Assembly: GCA_964187785.1 (NCBI GenBank)
Contig: OZ076409.1
Span: 21,082,001 to 21,146,000, forward strand
Direction of reading: 5' to 3'
Length of the DNA: 64,000 bases
Source of the DNA: Amphiscolops sp. MND2022
Lineage: Eukaryota
The notes under the pieces were generated by a model. That model was not told where the DNA came from. It saw nothing but the letters and a program-made list of their open reading frames with translations, and searched no databases. How positions within the stretch are numbered: the stretch's first letter is position 1; each line of letters begins with the position of its first letter. Made by a program: the position numbers and the translations under genes. This document shows, piece after piece, positions 1 to 13,549 of this stretch.

Positions 1-3000
1 CCGCAAAAATTGTAGACGTAAATGCAGTACCTTTGTCAGTAATAAGTGTTGTCGGTCAATATGCATGTTTAGTCATGATGTTGATGAGCGCTTTTGCTAC
101 ATTGATCGCTGATGCATCCGTAAGAGGATAGGCGAAAAAATATCTAGAGAATGCGTTGATTGCTGTTAGGACGTTTTCAAACCCTCCACTCGGGGGAAGA
201 TTCGGCAATAGGTCGATTTGCATGGCGTCTTCATGTCCAAGGTCCCATTCGGGCAAGTTGAGCAGTTCAGGCGTAATTGTTGTATTAGGGACTCACTTTT
301 CTCTTGCGCATTCTTCACACCCTTCTACCCATTTGTTGACGTGTTCAGCCATGCTAGGGTAGTAATACCTCTGTCGAATTTCCTGCAACATTTTTGAGAT
401 GCCAGGGTGTTTATGCGCTGTGCCGTGAAGGGACTGAAGCAATTCCTGGAGTAAGTGTTGCGGGAGCAGAATTTGATGGTATTTAACGTTCCCTGTTTCA
501 TCAAAGTATTGCCTCGTCAGGATTTCGTCTTTAAGTATAATTCGTTCCAGATTGTTTGCATAATGTCTGTATCGGGCATCCTGCTGCAGTAGGTTCTCTG
601 AATATTCTTCATGAAGGAGTTTTGCCTTCAATTGTTGTAGTACTGCATCTTCGGATTGCTCGATAATGATTTGATTCGTCTTCCTTATTCGGACTTGTAT
701 ATCAGGGTGTTGTTTGACCAGATTTGTTGACAGACTTTGTATTGTAACCGTGGGCTCATCAATAGCTGGATGTTTCCTGATTGCTTCTTTCCTTGCCCAG
801 TATTGTTCCTCTGTCTCATCATTGTCATTAGTGTAGAAGATTTGTTCTTCTTGTGTCACTCCTGCGGATTGGACGTTTATTTCAATTGGTAACGTTTGTA
901 CATCTTCGCGTATCTTCATGACTGATTTGTTCTTCGGGTCTGCTTCTAAACGGGACAAATAGTCGGCAGCTGTATTTTGTGCTCCTGGGATGTACGCTAT
1001 GACAAAATTGAACTGAATCACGTAATCACACGCGTTTCACAGGGCTGGGGGTATTATTTTTGTTTGAAAAAATTGTGTGACAGCTTTGTTATCTGTAAGG
1101 ATAATTACCGGTTTCGGCGCACCACAGAAGATATGTCCAAATTCCTTGAATGCAAAGTAAATTGCAAGGAATTTTTTGGCGTAAATTGACATCTTGATCT
1201 GTGCTGGGGTAAAGGTTTTTGATCCGTATGTTACAGGGGCATAGGACTTTCTGAGTGACGTGAATTTCTGGCTTGGATCGTCTTCAATTAGGACAGCGTA
1301 CCCAGCTGCACCAAAACTTGCATCAGTCATTAGTGCAATTTGCTTGTTCGGGATAGGTTGTTGTAGGGCCAAATCGCAACATTTGTCGAGTGTTTTATTG
1401 ATTTCTTCAAATTGCTGGATTAATTCTTTCGATACTTGGACCTTTTAGTCACTTTTCAGCATCTTGTAGAATGGAGCAAGGCGTTCTGAAAGTCTTGGGA
1501 CATAATTTCTGTAGTAGTTCAAGAATCCCAAGTAGCGCTGCAAAGCCTTTTTCGACTTTGGGAATTTGGATTTTTCCAGAAAGTTTTGTACATTCTGTTT
1601 TTAGGTTTGACGCCTTGTGGGGCAATCGTTCGTCCGAGGAAATCAATTTCTTTTGCACCGAAGTGACATTTGTGCATTGTCAACTTAAGGCCTGCTTCCT
1701 GAATGCATTTGAATGTTGCTTTCAGGTTAGCTATGAAGTGATTAGCATCATTAGCTGCAATGCCGATATCGTCCACGTACTGGGCACATTGGTCCGCTTT
1801 GATGACTTTATCAAGGTATTCCCTCATAAAGCTCGAAAATGCGGACAGAGCTCGGCTAAGGCCTTGTGCCAATCGTCTATATGCAAATGTGCGGCTGGCG
1901 AAGTTAAAGGCCAACATTTCAATAGATCGTTGGTCAGCCATCGGCAGGCAGTGGTAAGCCTGTGAACAGTCTAATTAACAGTACAGTTTTTTGCCTGCTA
2001 AGTGTTGGGCGGCGTCGACTAAGGTACTGACAGGGTGATTATTGTTTATATAATCATCCGATATGAGGTTGTTGATTTTTCTCAAATCAACCAAGAGTCT
2101 GAGTTTTCCGTTGGGTTCCTTTTGGGCGAATATTGGACTCGCATATTGCGAGAATGGTACGGTGGTGATTATGCCATATTTGTGTAACATGGCTAATTCG
2201 ACTAGGATCTCCTCCTTCAGGTTGATAGGGGCTGGGAGGCTCTGGCTATAGGCTGGAGAATCGTCCTTAGGTGTTAATTTCACATTGAATTCCTCATTCA
2301 TGCCTATATCAAATCTATGTCGTGCAAATATATCATGGAATTCTACTAGCATTTCTTCAATTTTCTCCTTTTCCTCAGAGGTAAGAGTGGAATCTTTCCA
2401 ATCGAAGTTTTCTAGGAATTTTGCACGCGATTCTTCATCTTTGGTGGGGTCGAGTGTCTCCAGGTCCTGTAAGGCCTGTAATTCACGTAAAATTCGTTTC
2501 TGGATAGGCGTGTGTTCCTCGGGATTTCCAGGGTTTTCTGGAGTTGGGAACCAGTATTTTTCAGAGTTTTGAGGATTTTTATTTGTCTTGATGAGGCTGC
2601 CTACATAATGGGCTGCCTGCTCTTGGTCATTTTGGGAAAGGTGCAGGTTGATGCCGGGTCTACCGGTTTGACATATTTGATCTGTTCTGGCGTCATGACT
2701 GAGAAACTGGCAATGTGAAGTCCTTTTTTGAGCTTGTAAGGTTGGTCTGTGAAATTGTTCACAGGTATTGATATATTGCCATCATTCAGAGTGACCAAAG
2801 CTGGGCAAAATGTGATGTCCTCTTCTTCATGTAAGAGGTCACTTGGTTGTAAAATGCCTGTTACAGCATTCTCAGGATACAGTAGAGAGTTGGTCCTAAT
2901 TAGGATCTCTGTCATTTGGCGGAATTGTTATCTCAGTGGGGTTGAGAATTGGTTCGAAGACATTTGATTATTTATGATCAGCTGTTTTGAGCTGCATTGA

Positions 3001-3989
3001 AAAGAACGGGAAGTTCAGAATTCCTTGTCTCATGTCCAGAACTGTATGGTTTCTTCTTTGCAGCAACATCAGTCCAATAATCGGTCCTGTCAAATGTTCC
3101 AATACTATGAAAATTCCATGGAATTCAATGTCACCAACTTCGAATTTGAGCTCTATGGTACTCTTGGGAGTTTCCAGTTGCCCATTAGCGACCATGATTT
3201 GGAAGTTCGGGGGCGGACCTTCCCGGATGCCTGATTGTGGAGATAGGAGGCGGATTTTCCGGAGGTTCATTTCAGGAATTGCACTGGACAGTGCTCCAGT
3301 GTCAATGAGTCCATCAATGGTCAATTCCCCAAAGTCCATTGGGAGATAAAGCATGCGTTTCTTGCATTTGAGATTAATGTTGGTTGACAGGGGTATACAG
3401 TCTGGTTCACCATCTTTGGTCATGAGTACATTCTGGAATTGTTTCTCGTCTAATAGTGATTGTGGTATGGATTCGGCTGTATTTTCAGGATTCTCGGTCC
3501 CCAGGGGTTTGGGAACACTGGGTGGTTTGTACCATCGTTCATTTGCTAATTTTCAATTTGTGCCCGTGTTTTCTTGTTATTGGTAATTGGAGGGTTCTCG
3601 TGGACTGTTTTGTTGTAGTGTTCAATGTCGTCTAGAACATACTGGAATTGCAATAGGTCCTGGCTATGAATCTCGGTGTCCCAATAGGGATCTCTGCCAT
3701 AGTCTGGGTCGATGTATGTTGGATTGTAATCATCGATCAGGGGAAAGGGCCTGAACCGGGTAGTGAAGGTGGTTGTGTAGTCAGGGTCCCAAACAGGAAT
3801 TGGTTTTTAGAATAAATGGGTATTGTTGTAAGTAATGATGATGGCTTTGTCCATCTGTTGCTGCCAGACAACGGAGGGGTAACCCATCAATTGCTGATTG
3901 TATTGATGAAAGGTTTTCGTTGGAGGGTCCCACCTGATGTATTGGCGGACGGATACCAGTTCGTTGTATTGGAGTCGTGGCGAAGTTAG
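1..3989 (-). pseudogene. pol: pol of element A (protease, RT, RNase H, N-terminal integrase), fragmented
   Basis: Motifs LIDTGA, QYVDD, LMTDAS/ILTDNK and H-H-C-C (HGTAHKH...CEEC) spread over frameshifted ORFs. Confidence 0.93.
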
Positions 3990-5633
3990 TTTTTTGACTC
4001 ATCATTAGAAGATGAGGATTGGGAGCTTGATGATGTCGGTTTGGTCTGAGGTTTCTGAGCCTTTGAATTGGGTTTATTGTCACTTGAGTCCTTGGGCCTA
4101 GTGCATTTGTGTTTAAGATGCGCACCGGCACCTTGCCAACATCTTTCCTCCGGGTGGTTCTTTTTGCCACAAGTGCCGCACTCCGGATATGTTTTCTTCT
4201 GAGTCGATTTGCCTTGTTGGGCATCTTTCTCTTTTTTCTTTTTCAATTTTTCGCAGTCCTTGACCATGTGGCCCTTTTCCTTGCAGTAATTGCAAGTGAT
4301 GTCCGACATTTGCCCAGTGGTTAGAGGGGTTTTGGGCTTAGCAGATGAGGAAGTCATTGTTGCCGTCGGTAGGTCGTCTGACTCCTCAAGGGCGTTAAGC
4401 TCCAGTTCTCTCTCCAAATGAGCAACTATTTCATCATATGAGCCGTTTTCTAGTCTGGCCATATTGACTGACCTTTTCAGTTTTGGTGGTAGTTTTGCGT
4501 ACAAGAGACTGTCAATCATTTTCTGTGCGTGGTCTCCGAACGCCTTTTCTGCGCCTTGATTTAATTCTTCAAGGAAATCAGGCAGCTTCATCGTATTGGG
4601 ATCAAAGACCAGACGGTGCCATTGATGTTTGGCGGTCGCCTGTGACTCAGGTTTGAGGTTTTTTTGTCGGAAATTGACTAGTACGTCTCCAAAGGGTTGG
4701 CGATTTGTCGAATTGATGTTTCTGAACGTCTGGAGAGCATTTTTTCTCAATAGTGAATGAAAATGGTTAATTTTCATCTGTTCGGTCATTTCTGGCTGCA
4801 TATTGATCATTGTGTGGAAAAGATCTTCGAACAGCTCAAATTTCTCACTCTTGGCATCGAAAGTCATAGTGTTGGAGTTGACTGGGCGTATTGTGAGTTG
4901 TTGAGCTGTTGATCTATTCTGCATTGTAGTCAAGACGTCGGCCATTCTGGTAATGGGATCAAGGTCTGCAGCTGTAGCGATTCTCTCATGCGCTGGGATC
5001 GTCGTGTCAAGATCGATGTCCTCAACAATCGTTGTCTCCTGTCACCATGTCATGAACATTTAGATCAGGGTAATCCTTGTTTAACTGGTTCTCATCCTGT
5101 TCATTTCTCAAGTTGTTCTTTGCGTTGAGATTTCGCTGAACTTCGGAAATTAGTTCCAGTCTCTCAGACGGGATGTCCCATCCCTTTCTGGTCCCGTGTC
5201 CTGATCCGGCCATAATAACATTTTGGATTTGAGGAAGCACCTGAGTACTTATCGCATCACTTATGGCTCTCTGTATTTGGACACTCACAGAATTCATCAT
5301 CTCGTCCATTTCTCATGAAATGCGGGAATTTAATTCACTTGACAACCTGTTTATCTCAGCACTAGAGTTGCCTGTAACTGAATTGCGGTCACATTCGGTA
5401 TTTGTCCTAGAGCTAATATTTCTCTGGTTTCTACCTATGTTCCCATCTTCATTTTCGGATTCATTGCTTCCAAAGCTTCTAGATCTCCTGGGCAAATTGC
5501 TATTTAAACTGCCTTCTCTTTCCCTTGTGTTAGAATGGTTCTCACCTAGCATGATATCTAAATTCTCGATATCGGATAACATTTCAAGTCCTCTCGACTT
5601 TCTTGCCTTCTTCTGTTTTCTAGTTGTAGGCAT
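3986..5633 (-). pseudogene. gag: gag of element A (disrupted), with two zinc knuckles
   Basis: ORF pieces 5313-5633, 5022-5309 and 3986-4945 are collinear with gag of element C. Contains CNYCKEKGHMVKDC and CGTCGKKNHPEERC. Ends ESKN* on an AAAAAAC slippery site (3989-3995). Confidence 0.9.
5034..5047 (-). promoter_or_regulatory. Primer-binding site of element A
   Basis: TGGTGACAGGAGAC immediately after the LTR-terminal CA; identical to the element C PBS. Confidence 0.8.
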
Positions 5634-6817
5634 TAAGACAAGACCGGGTTGAATATTTTAATTATTGAAACCGGAAAGCTGACAGAGTAACTATTTTGAG
5701 TATTTTGAGTAACTTTACTAGTGTAAGGTTACCTGGATTAATCCATTCCCTCAACAGGGTGGTAGTGTTTATACTGCTTGGGGAATGACAATCACGTTTT
5801 TTACATGACTAGTTAAGAAAAATTGAATCATATGATCTACAACTTCATAGGGAAAATGTCCCGACACTTACAATTATTGGGGACATATAAGGAATGGCAT
5901 CTAAAAGTCACCCGATAAAATAGCAGCTTCAAACAACTTACCTGCTAAGGCAATTGCTTCAAAGTGTCAACAAATACCTCCGCTTACACATTTTACAACA
6001 GAGTGAAGTGAAGGCACGTGCCGACACAAGGCTACTACTGACTACATCAAGAATGGAATGTATCAATGCATGTAGGAATTTCAATATTATTCAAATATGC
6101 GTGAAAGGTACATTTTCATGTCAAGGCCGGAATGGGTTCAAAAACATGAAATAAACGGCACATTAAGGGGGCATGGTATAGAATGGCCTTAATTGTCCAT
6201 TATATTTTGGTTGAAGTTACTTGTATACCAAAGCCTCACAAATGCTTTTATCTAGTTTAAAATCACGAGTTTATTAGCTCCGCATAAATACCAGTCTAAT
6301 TAGGCAACAAAGTACTATAATGCATGAATTGGCCGGAACCGGCCATTTGACCGAAGTGCTCGTGAAGGCAGGCTACTTTAAGTCAAAAGGCCTTACTCGG
6401 CCATTATAGCATAAAAGCACCTATACAACAAAAGAAACGATTCTGATTGGTTGATAAATGCGCAGCAAGTCATATCACCGAGAAAGGACGTTTTGGCACT
6501 TGAACACGTTTCCTTCTCGCGATTAACTTGCTTATTGTTTGCTATTGCATCAATTCAACTTCGCAATCTACTTTCACTCCTCAGTATACTGCATCAACGA
6601 ATTGATTTGGCTAATCCCAAATCGTAATATTAACAGACCAATATAAACTACAACATATTAAAAATTTAACAGTTCGCAAACAAATATTATTGCTAAGTGT
6701 GAGTTTTAAAGTTCAATATTGGACTTGCTCAAAATGTAGGTAGGGTTCCGGGTATCATTTCTTGGTTTGTTGCCGTTGTCGTTATCAGTGTGCCATCACA
6801 GGCGGCAGCCTGCGACA
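5048..6817 (-). repeat. 5' LTR of element A (~1,770 bp)
   Basis: Same TGTCGCAGGCTGCCGCCTGTGA start and GTTCATGACA end as the element C LTRs, followed directly by TGGTGACAGGAGAC. TATAAA at 5768-5773 (-). Confidence 0.9.
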
Positions 6818-7056
6818 ATGAGACTTTTTTTGAAAAATTTGGATTGCACCAAAGGGTGCCCCCTTCATTTGTTTCGATATTTTGCAGCCGAATGGATGCT
6901 AAATAATTCCAAAGGGTCCCTCTTTTACATTTTTCGGCACTGTGACACTTTTGGGAGTTTCAATGAGCCCAAATAGTCCCCCTTTTAACAAGTTTAAAAA
7001 CTTCCTGCATTTTGAGCCTTAGATATAGCGCCGACTTTGGCCGTTCCCGGCTTGTT
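6818..7056 (-). mobile_element. Partial Helentron-type non-autonomous repeat (HINE/DINE-1-like), interrupted by element A
   Basis: Family terminus GAGCCTTAGATATAGCGCCGACTTTGGCCGTTCCCGGCTTGTT and internal TTTTCGGCACTGTG sub-repeats, shared with many copies in the window. Confidence 0.65.
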
Positions 7057-7441
7057 ATACAATTCTAGCTTGTTCCAAACGTGAATTTTTGCTATTTTGG
7101 ACAATTTATGCAACATTTGTTGTATTTTTTGCCTGGCGTGTTCTAACAGTTGTAGAGACAATCCTCTAAGTTTTTACATTCATATAATATTCGCTTTTTA
7201 GTGAAATATTTTTATTCAAGAACAAAATGTGCTTTCGTGGTGGGGGGAGGGTGGAAATTCCCAACAAGGTGTAACTGGGGGAAATAAATGACATGGTCCG
7301 ATACCTTTTATCCAAAGACGGTATCGGTATGTTCCAGGTCGCAAAAAATGAAAAATACCATTAGTCCGATTCCCACACAAATGTCTTTGGTTGTACGTAA
7401 TTTCAACAGAATGTATCGTCCGTAGCTTAGATTAAACGCAA

Positions 7442-7812
7442 TTTTAGTCGGCGCTTTTCCTGAAAAGAGCCAACTATAGTCATGGCTTTTCTTCAGTGTT
7501 TTTTTTACAATTTTTTCAAGACCACAAGAAGTCACCAAAATAGTTCTACCAAAAGTTCTACAAAATTTTGAGAAGAAGCCAAGATGTCCCTGTTGGCCCA
7601 AGGAACTGAACCAAAAAGGTTTCCCGCGTAACATACAATACCGGACCTCCAAAGGGTCCTCCCTTTAAGTTTTTTTCGGCATTGTAATACTTTTTTTAAA
7701 AACTTTTTTCATAAAAGGTTCCAAATTCACATTCCAAATTCGACATTTTCAAGTCCTTTTGCTATTTTTGAGCCTTAGATATGGCGCCGACTTGGGCCGG
7801 TCCCGGCTTGTT
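7442..7812 (-). mobile_element. HINE/DINE-1-like repeat copy
   Basis: TTTTAGTCGGCGC at one end and GCGCCGACTTGGGCCGGTCCCGGCTTGTT at the other (sub-terminal inverted repeat). Confidence 0.65.
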
Positions 7813-8455
7813 CATCACAGCCCCAGCTCCGCAATGAAAGCTGCGGCAAGAATATCATAGTTTTCGGAAAGCACTGCAAGGGAAAAAACTGTAAGTGGAA
7901 GGAACGCTTAAAGCTCACATTTAGTTGTTATCAGGGACCGCAAAAATAGGTGATATAAAACGCAAAATAGGTAGGTGAAAAAGTGATTTAAAGCTCAAAA
8001 AAGGTGACAAAAAAGGTGAATAAAACCATTTAAATTCACATAAATAAAGTTTCCATTTTCTCAATCAAAATATTCGGTGAATTCAGCTGTTTTGAAAAAA
8101 GAACCAAACTAAAAACAACGAAACAAAAAATGATAAAAGAATGGCTTGTAAACCAAACTTTCTATTAACAAGCCGGGAACGGCCCAAGTCGGCTCCATAT
8201 CTAAGGCTCAAAAATAGCACAATGACTTCAAAGTGTCAAGCATTCTCTTCTACAGTACCCGCATGAGGAAACAATTGAAAAAGAACATTTTTCGATTTTT
8301 TTCTCTTTTTTGGTGCCCGTTGAGTCGCATAGTGCCGAAAAAAGTAAAAGGGGACCTCGAAAAAGCCTAATTAACCTATATCTCAAGTGCCAGTGAAAGT
8401 AGTGTGGCATTTAGTGTTAGTTCAAGTCAGCTTATGAAGCTTATAAAATCTGTCA

Positions 8456-9172
8456 TGTAACGTCCGGCTAGCGGCGCACAACTAGGAAGTGGGACAATGC
8501 CTAGGGTGCTTAAACAGACGATCGTTGTCTTACAACAGCCCTAGACATCAGTTTTTCTCCCAAAATAGTCTCCTAGGGGGACTTTTCATACGTCTAAGAA
8601 GACTCCTCAGATTAGAGCTCCGAGGCGACGCACCGACACTCCCAAAATCTGGACGCGCTCTACAAGCCTGTAAAAACAATACCTAGGTTCCTAACGTACT
8701 CCTGCGACTTCCATATACCTCCGAGGTCCAAAAACGGTGTTCAGCAAAAGTAAATTATATTTGCAGAATTAGATCTAAAATCAGCAAAATTGGGATCTGC
8801 AAGATCCATTTTCATCAAAAACCTGCCAAGCACAATAATAACAATGAAATTAACTACTAAGAGTTCCTGGGACATCTTCAAGAAGGTTCCGGAGTTCTTG
8901 CAAAGATCCACTGACAGGTTGGACCTTGATTCTGGAGGGTCTCTTCCGACAATTTCCTGGATGATATGGCACCACACTTGGTTTCGCTCTCTTTTCAGCC
9001 TCTTCCGGGTGACTTCGGGTGTCGGGGACTACGGGGTGGTCTGTTTGTACGTTTTTTGGTTCTTCTATGATTTTCGTACCTGCCGGGTAGGCCACCTTAT
9101 ATGTGCTTATTTGAAACCGCACATTTCGAATTTTTCATCGAAATTTTGTAACATCGACTGCCTGACGTTACA
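8456..9172 (-). repeat. 3' LTR of element B (717 bp)
   Basis: Direct repeat of 12766-13477, visibly diverged (many substitutions, small indels). Confidence 0.9.
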
Positions 9173-12100
9173 TCTTCCCCAAGGGGTAATTTGTCGTCCT
9201 AGACAAACAAGAGTGGACGTTCACGTCTTGGTTGTCATCATCCAGGGACTGTTTCAGCAGTATGTCATTTCAGGAACCCGAACAAAAAATGTTGCCCAAA
9301 AAGAAATTATTGCCCAAAAACATGTTACTGCCCAAAAACATAAATTTTTGCCTGCCTAGTAGGTTTCCTTGGATTCCACAGCAACAATAGGTTCTTGCAC
9401 TGGAAAAGTATTAGCAACTTTAGACACTTAGCATTATATTCAAAACGTTTTCAAACTTTTAATTTCGCACCAAAATTACTAGCACTTTGTGTTACCGAAA
9501 CTGTATAAATATAAAAAGCACTCATCACAACAAGTTTGGCATTGGCCGGGTGCCCACCTGATAGGTTAGGTTTTACAAAAAGCACAATAGCACTTGAAAA
9601 GCGAAAAATGAAAGTAACAGCTGTGATCTTGCAAAAGTGTCGTACTTCATGGCCAACAGAAAATGCACAATAAATAGCACCAATGGGAAAACAGAGCTCA
9701 AATATTCAAAATATCGTCAAAAGTGAGGACCCAATCAGTGGTTTGTGTTAGCAGTGTACGCTCAGATAAAAGTATCGTCTAGGTAGTATAAGCAGCAGTG
9801 TATATGTAAGAGATGGAAAAAAATTGCTTCTCAAGAGGATGATTATGTCGACAGCCATGATAGAGCAGATCCCATAAAAATCAAAAATCAGGCATGATAG
9901 ATCGTGAAAACAGTCTTTGGCCTAAAAAAAGTCGAAGACAATCATTGGAGTTTTAAAAGCACAGCCGCTGGCTAAGGAGTTCTCAGAGCTTCGAAGCTCC
10001 AGGTGTTGTATCATCTTTGGTGTTGATTTCTCTGGAGAGTACAGGTACTACCCGGGACAATCTCTTGTCCGGTGTTTTCACATTAACATAGTTCACACAA
10101 CTGTGGTACGGAGACCCGAGGTACATCTTAAGCATGAATCGAGCAACGAACACTGATTTTTAAGAGAAGCCTGCTGGGCTACAGATGCTAGATTGTCTGA
10201 AATGTCCGTTTGTCACTCTTGCTGCCATGTTTCTGGGGAGCACAAGTGAAGACGTAAAGGTAATCAGGCACTGGGAATAGACCTTGGAGGTGAGTAAGAG
10301 CAAGGACACTGAGTTTGAAGTGATTTATTGAATTACGATTGTAGTACGATTAGAAAAAGCGTTCTAATCACCAGTTCTAGTCACCAGTGTACTTGTTGTT
10401 CTGTTTTGAGACGCACTGCGTTCAAAGTCTAGACCTCTAAAAGTGCCTATAAACGGGCTCCAGCACCCACAGGGTACACAGGGCACCAAGCATGCGTGTT
10501 CACAACGAATAATTTGCACTTATGTGACTTTGATAGCAGTCAGGAGGCGAAACTCCTATTTTTGATTTTTCACCTTTATGTCTCGTAGACCGTTTCTCAG
10601 AGAACCAAGACGTTAAGCTCGGTTTATCACTAGGCAAAGTAAATCAGCAAGGTATACTAGTGAGGTCGTTTGGGCTCTCACTGGCACGTACACTGACAAA
10701 AAGTGTGCGATTTGTCTCAAAAAATAACAAAATCAACATTTTTTTCGTCAACATGCACCTCCGGGGAAAATGAAAATCACTTCTAGCGCTGCTAGCAACC
10801 TGCAAAATCCACACCGTATACTACAGTAGCCAAATCGTGGGGTATTTACCTCCGATTGCACCAAAACGAGTCTATGTGAAATGCGGTCACTTGACAATGT
10901 TTCTAGAAAAATCCACTAAGTTGTAAAATTTGTAAAAAGTGGTCAAACTCGCCTTCTGGGCTTCCTAGCAACCTGGAATTTGATATGCGAGGGTAACTTA
11001 TGTCCAAGTAACTGAAAAACACGGCAACGAGGTGCCTGGAATCATATCTGGCAATCAGGGGTGACAAAACCTTGATGTACCTGAGGTACCACTTTTTAGG
11101 GTCAAACATCACCAAAATGTCACTTTCTCAGCTTTGGCTAGCCGCCGGCTGCTCAAAATGCACAAATTGTCGGAGTTGAGTACCACGTATGCGAAAATGC
11201 AAGAATTTAGGTGCTGGGATACCCCGGAGTAATCGCACTGTGCTCAACTAAAATTCTGTTTTTTTTCGGAAGTTTTATGCACTTTCAGAGCAAAACTTCG
11301 ACTAAGATTTTTCCAAGAGTTTTGACAGTAACGCCGCTAGAATCACGCTAGTTGCGTAATTTTTGCTATTCACACGATGGTGTAAATGGTTTTCAGCTAC
11401 TTTCGCTAGGAGAGATTTCTACTCGTCCAAAAGACGTGGTTGCCGAATCTCCAAAATGTCGCAAAAATACCACGTTTTTGACAATATCTCGGCAACCACT
11501 GATCGGAATCACTCGCGGTTTTTTGCGTTTGCAACCATACACTCTATATTAACAGAAAATAGGCAAGTGAAACCTGGAAAAATCCAAATTGGGTATCTCA
11601 AAAAGTTTTCAGATTTCACTTTTTACACTCTCGGAACAGTACTGAAACAACGTAATTTCGCCAACAACATTCCGTTTCTCTGTTCTCAGACGTTCCGGAT
11701 GATTTTAATAGTAGTGTGGGAAGGTGTAACAATTTTATTCAGGGACTGGGGTTCTTGTATCTATTAGTTTCGTTTCAATACAGCTCAGGTATATGGTGGT
11801 CCTTCACCCAGGTCTATTTGTATCAAAACAGAAGCACTGATAAAGATTCAATTTATATGGGGAATCGCTAGAAACTGTCTTGGCAGTAATGTTTTGTACT
11901 GCCAAGCTCGACAACAAAACTCTTGGGCTGCTCCAAAAGCTTGGGAACTAACGCCTAAGGCTTCGCCCTCGCCAAAATGACCAAATTTGACGATTTTCAA
12001 ACAAAAAATGCTAAATATTTATCGTTTTTCATATTTTAGCCCAACAAAAGGTTTTGTTCCTCATCTAGTAGGTCTGTTGAAACGGTTTTTTAGGTATTCT

Positions 12101-12765
12101 TGCTGGCCGTATTCTATTCTACAAAGATTCGACTTTCAAAATTGATGAAATTGAGATTTGAGCTATATATGGTGATATTTTCAAGGTTTTTGCGCTCAAA
12201 CTTTCTAACAACCGTTCCGAACACGCACAGGGTATTCTCCCAAATAGCTTGCGTGAGAATAGGCCTGAGAAGACGTTTTTTGGGCTGCTACGAAGGGAAA
12301 ATTGGGGATGTAACCCGATTGCCGTGGGGCTACTGCAATCACAGGGGTGTGGGAGGTGTGGTTGTGTAGTACGTCACGTCTTCGTGTCAGCTAGCGTGAA
12401 CCTTCGCTGCGCGCTCTCTCGGTCCCCAACAATTTCAAATTTGCTAAAATGAGGCTACAGAACCCTTCAAAACCAGTTCCGGATACGCCGGATTAATTTT
12501 TCAACAGGTGAAACAAAGGCTAATGTTGTACACTGTTTGAAACCGTCTATTTCTTGTTCCAGACCTCGGAAACATGCAGGAAACGCACGAAAAACACTAG
12601 TACAAATACCAAAGGGCTACAAAAAAGCCAAATAAAACAATCTGGGACCCTCTTAGAAGAAATTCCCAGATCCGGACCTAGCAGGGTCGGAAAGCAGCAA
12701 AAACCCCTAGTCGGACGCTGAAGTGAAAAATATCCCTCTGTGGTCGCCATAAAAACTATTCCAGA

Positions 12766-13477
12766 TGTAACGTCCGGCTAGCGGCGCACATCTAGGAAGT
12801 TGGACAATGCCTGGGGTACGTAAACAGGAGACAGTTGTCTTACTACAGCCCTAGACATCAGTTTTTCTCCCAAAAGGGTCTCCTAGGGGGACTTCTCATA
12901 CGTCTAAAAAGACTTCTCAGATTAGAACTTCGAGGCGACGCGCCGACACTCTCAAAATCCGGACGCGCCCTACAAGCCTGTAAAAGCGGTTCCTAAGTTC
13001 CTAACGTACTCCTGCGACTTCCACATACCTCCGAGGTCCACAAACGGTGTTCAGCAAAAGTACATTATTTTTGCAGAATTAGATCTAAAATCAGCAAAAT
13101 TGGGATCTGCTAGATCCAATTTCATCACAAACCTGCCAAAAACAATACTAACAATGAAATTGCTATATGTTCCTCCGGCATCTTCAAAAAGTTTCCTGAG
13201 TTCTTGCAAAGATTCACTGACAGGTTGGACTTTGAATCTGGAGGGTCTCTTCCGACATTTTCCTGGATGATATGGCACCACACTGGGGTTCGCTTTATTT
13301 TCAGCCTCTTCCGGGTGCCTTCGGGTGTCGGGGACTACGGGTGGTCTGTTTGTACGTTTTTTGGTTCTTCTATGATTTTCGCAACTGCCGGGTCGGCCAT
13401 CTTGAATGTGCTTATTCGATACCGCACATCTTGATTTTTTCATCGAAATTTTGTAACATCGACTGCATGACGTTACA
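12766..13477 (-). repeat. 5' LTR of element B (712 bp)
   Basis: Direct repeat of 8456-9172; the PBS lies on its inner side. Confidence 0.9.
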
Positions 13478-13549
13478 TCACTTCGTTGGTCTTAAAAAAA
13501 GTCACTACTATAGTCTGCGTTTTTCTACTAAAAGTGCCGATTAAAAAAT

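Larger units (their letters stand above)
1..6817 (-). mobile_element. Ty3/Gypsy LTR retrotransposon, element A (5' part; sister family of element C), truncated by the window edge
   Basis: Minus strand reads LTR (TGTCGCAGG...CATGACA), PBS, gag, then PR-RT-RNaseH-INT in Gypsy order. The proteins are clearly homologous to those of 16540-31816. Many stops and frameshifts. Confidence 0.95.
8456..13477 (-). mobile_element. LTR element B, non-autonomous or heavily decayed (LARD-like)
   Basis: Direct repeats 8456-9172 and 12766-13477 with 9-bp terminal inverted repeats TGTAACGTC...GACGTTACA. tRNA-Arg-like PBS at 12732-12749 (-). Short GGGGAAGA purine tract next to the other LTR. No recognisable gag/pol ORF in the 3.6-kb interior. 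Confidence 0.85.
8167..13548 (+). mobile_element. HINE/DINE-1-like copy split by LTR element B (halves 8167-8455 and 13478-13548)
   Basis: The two flanks rejoin to AAATCTGTCACTTCGTTGGTC, which is uninterrupted in the copy at 15315-15890. Confidence 0.75.

Noticed and set aside
8741..13544. Duplicated ORFs (e.g. ...DLADPNFADFRSNSA...) as genes
   Set aside because: They are the two LTRs of element B; frames and lengths are not preserved and no domain is recognisable.
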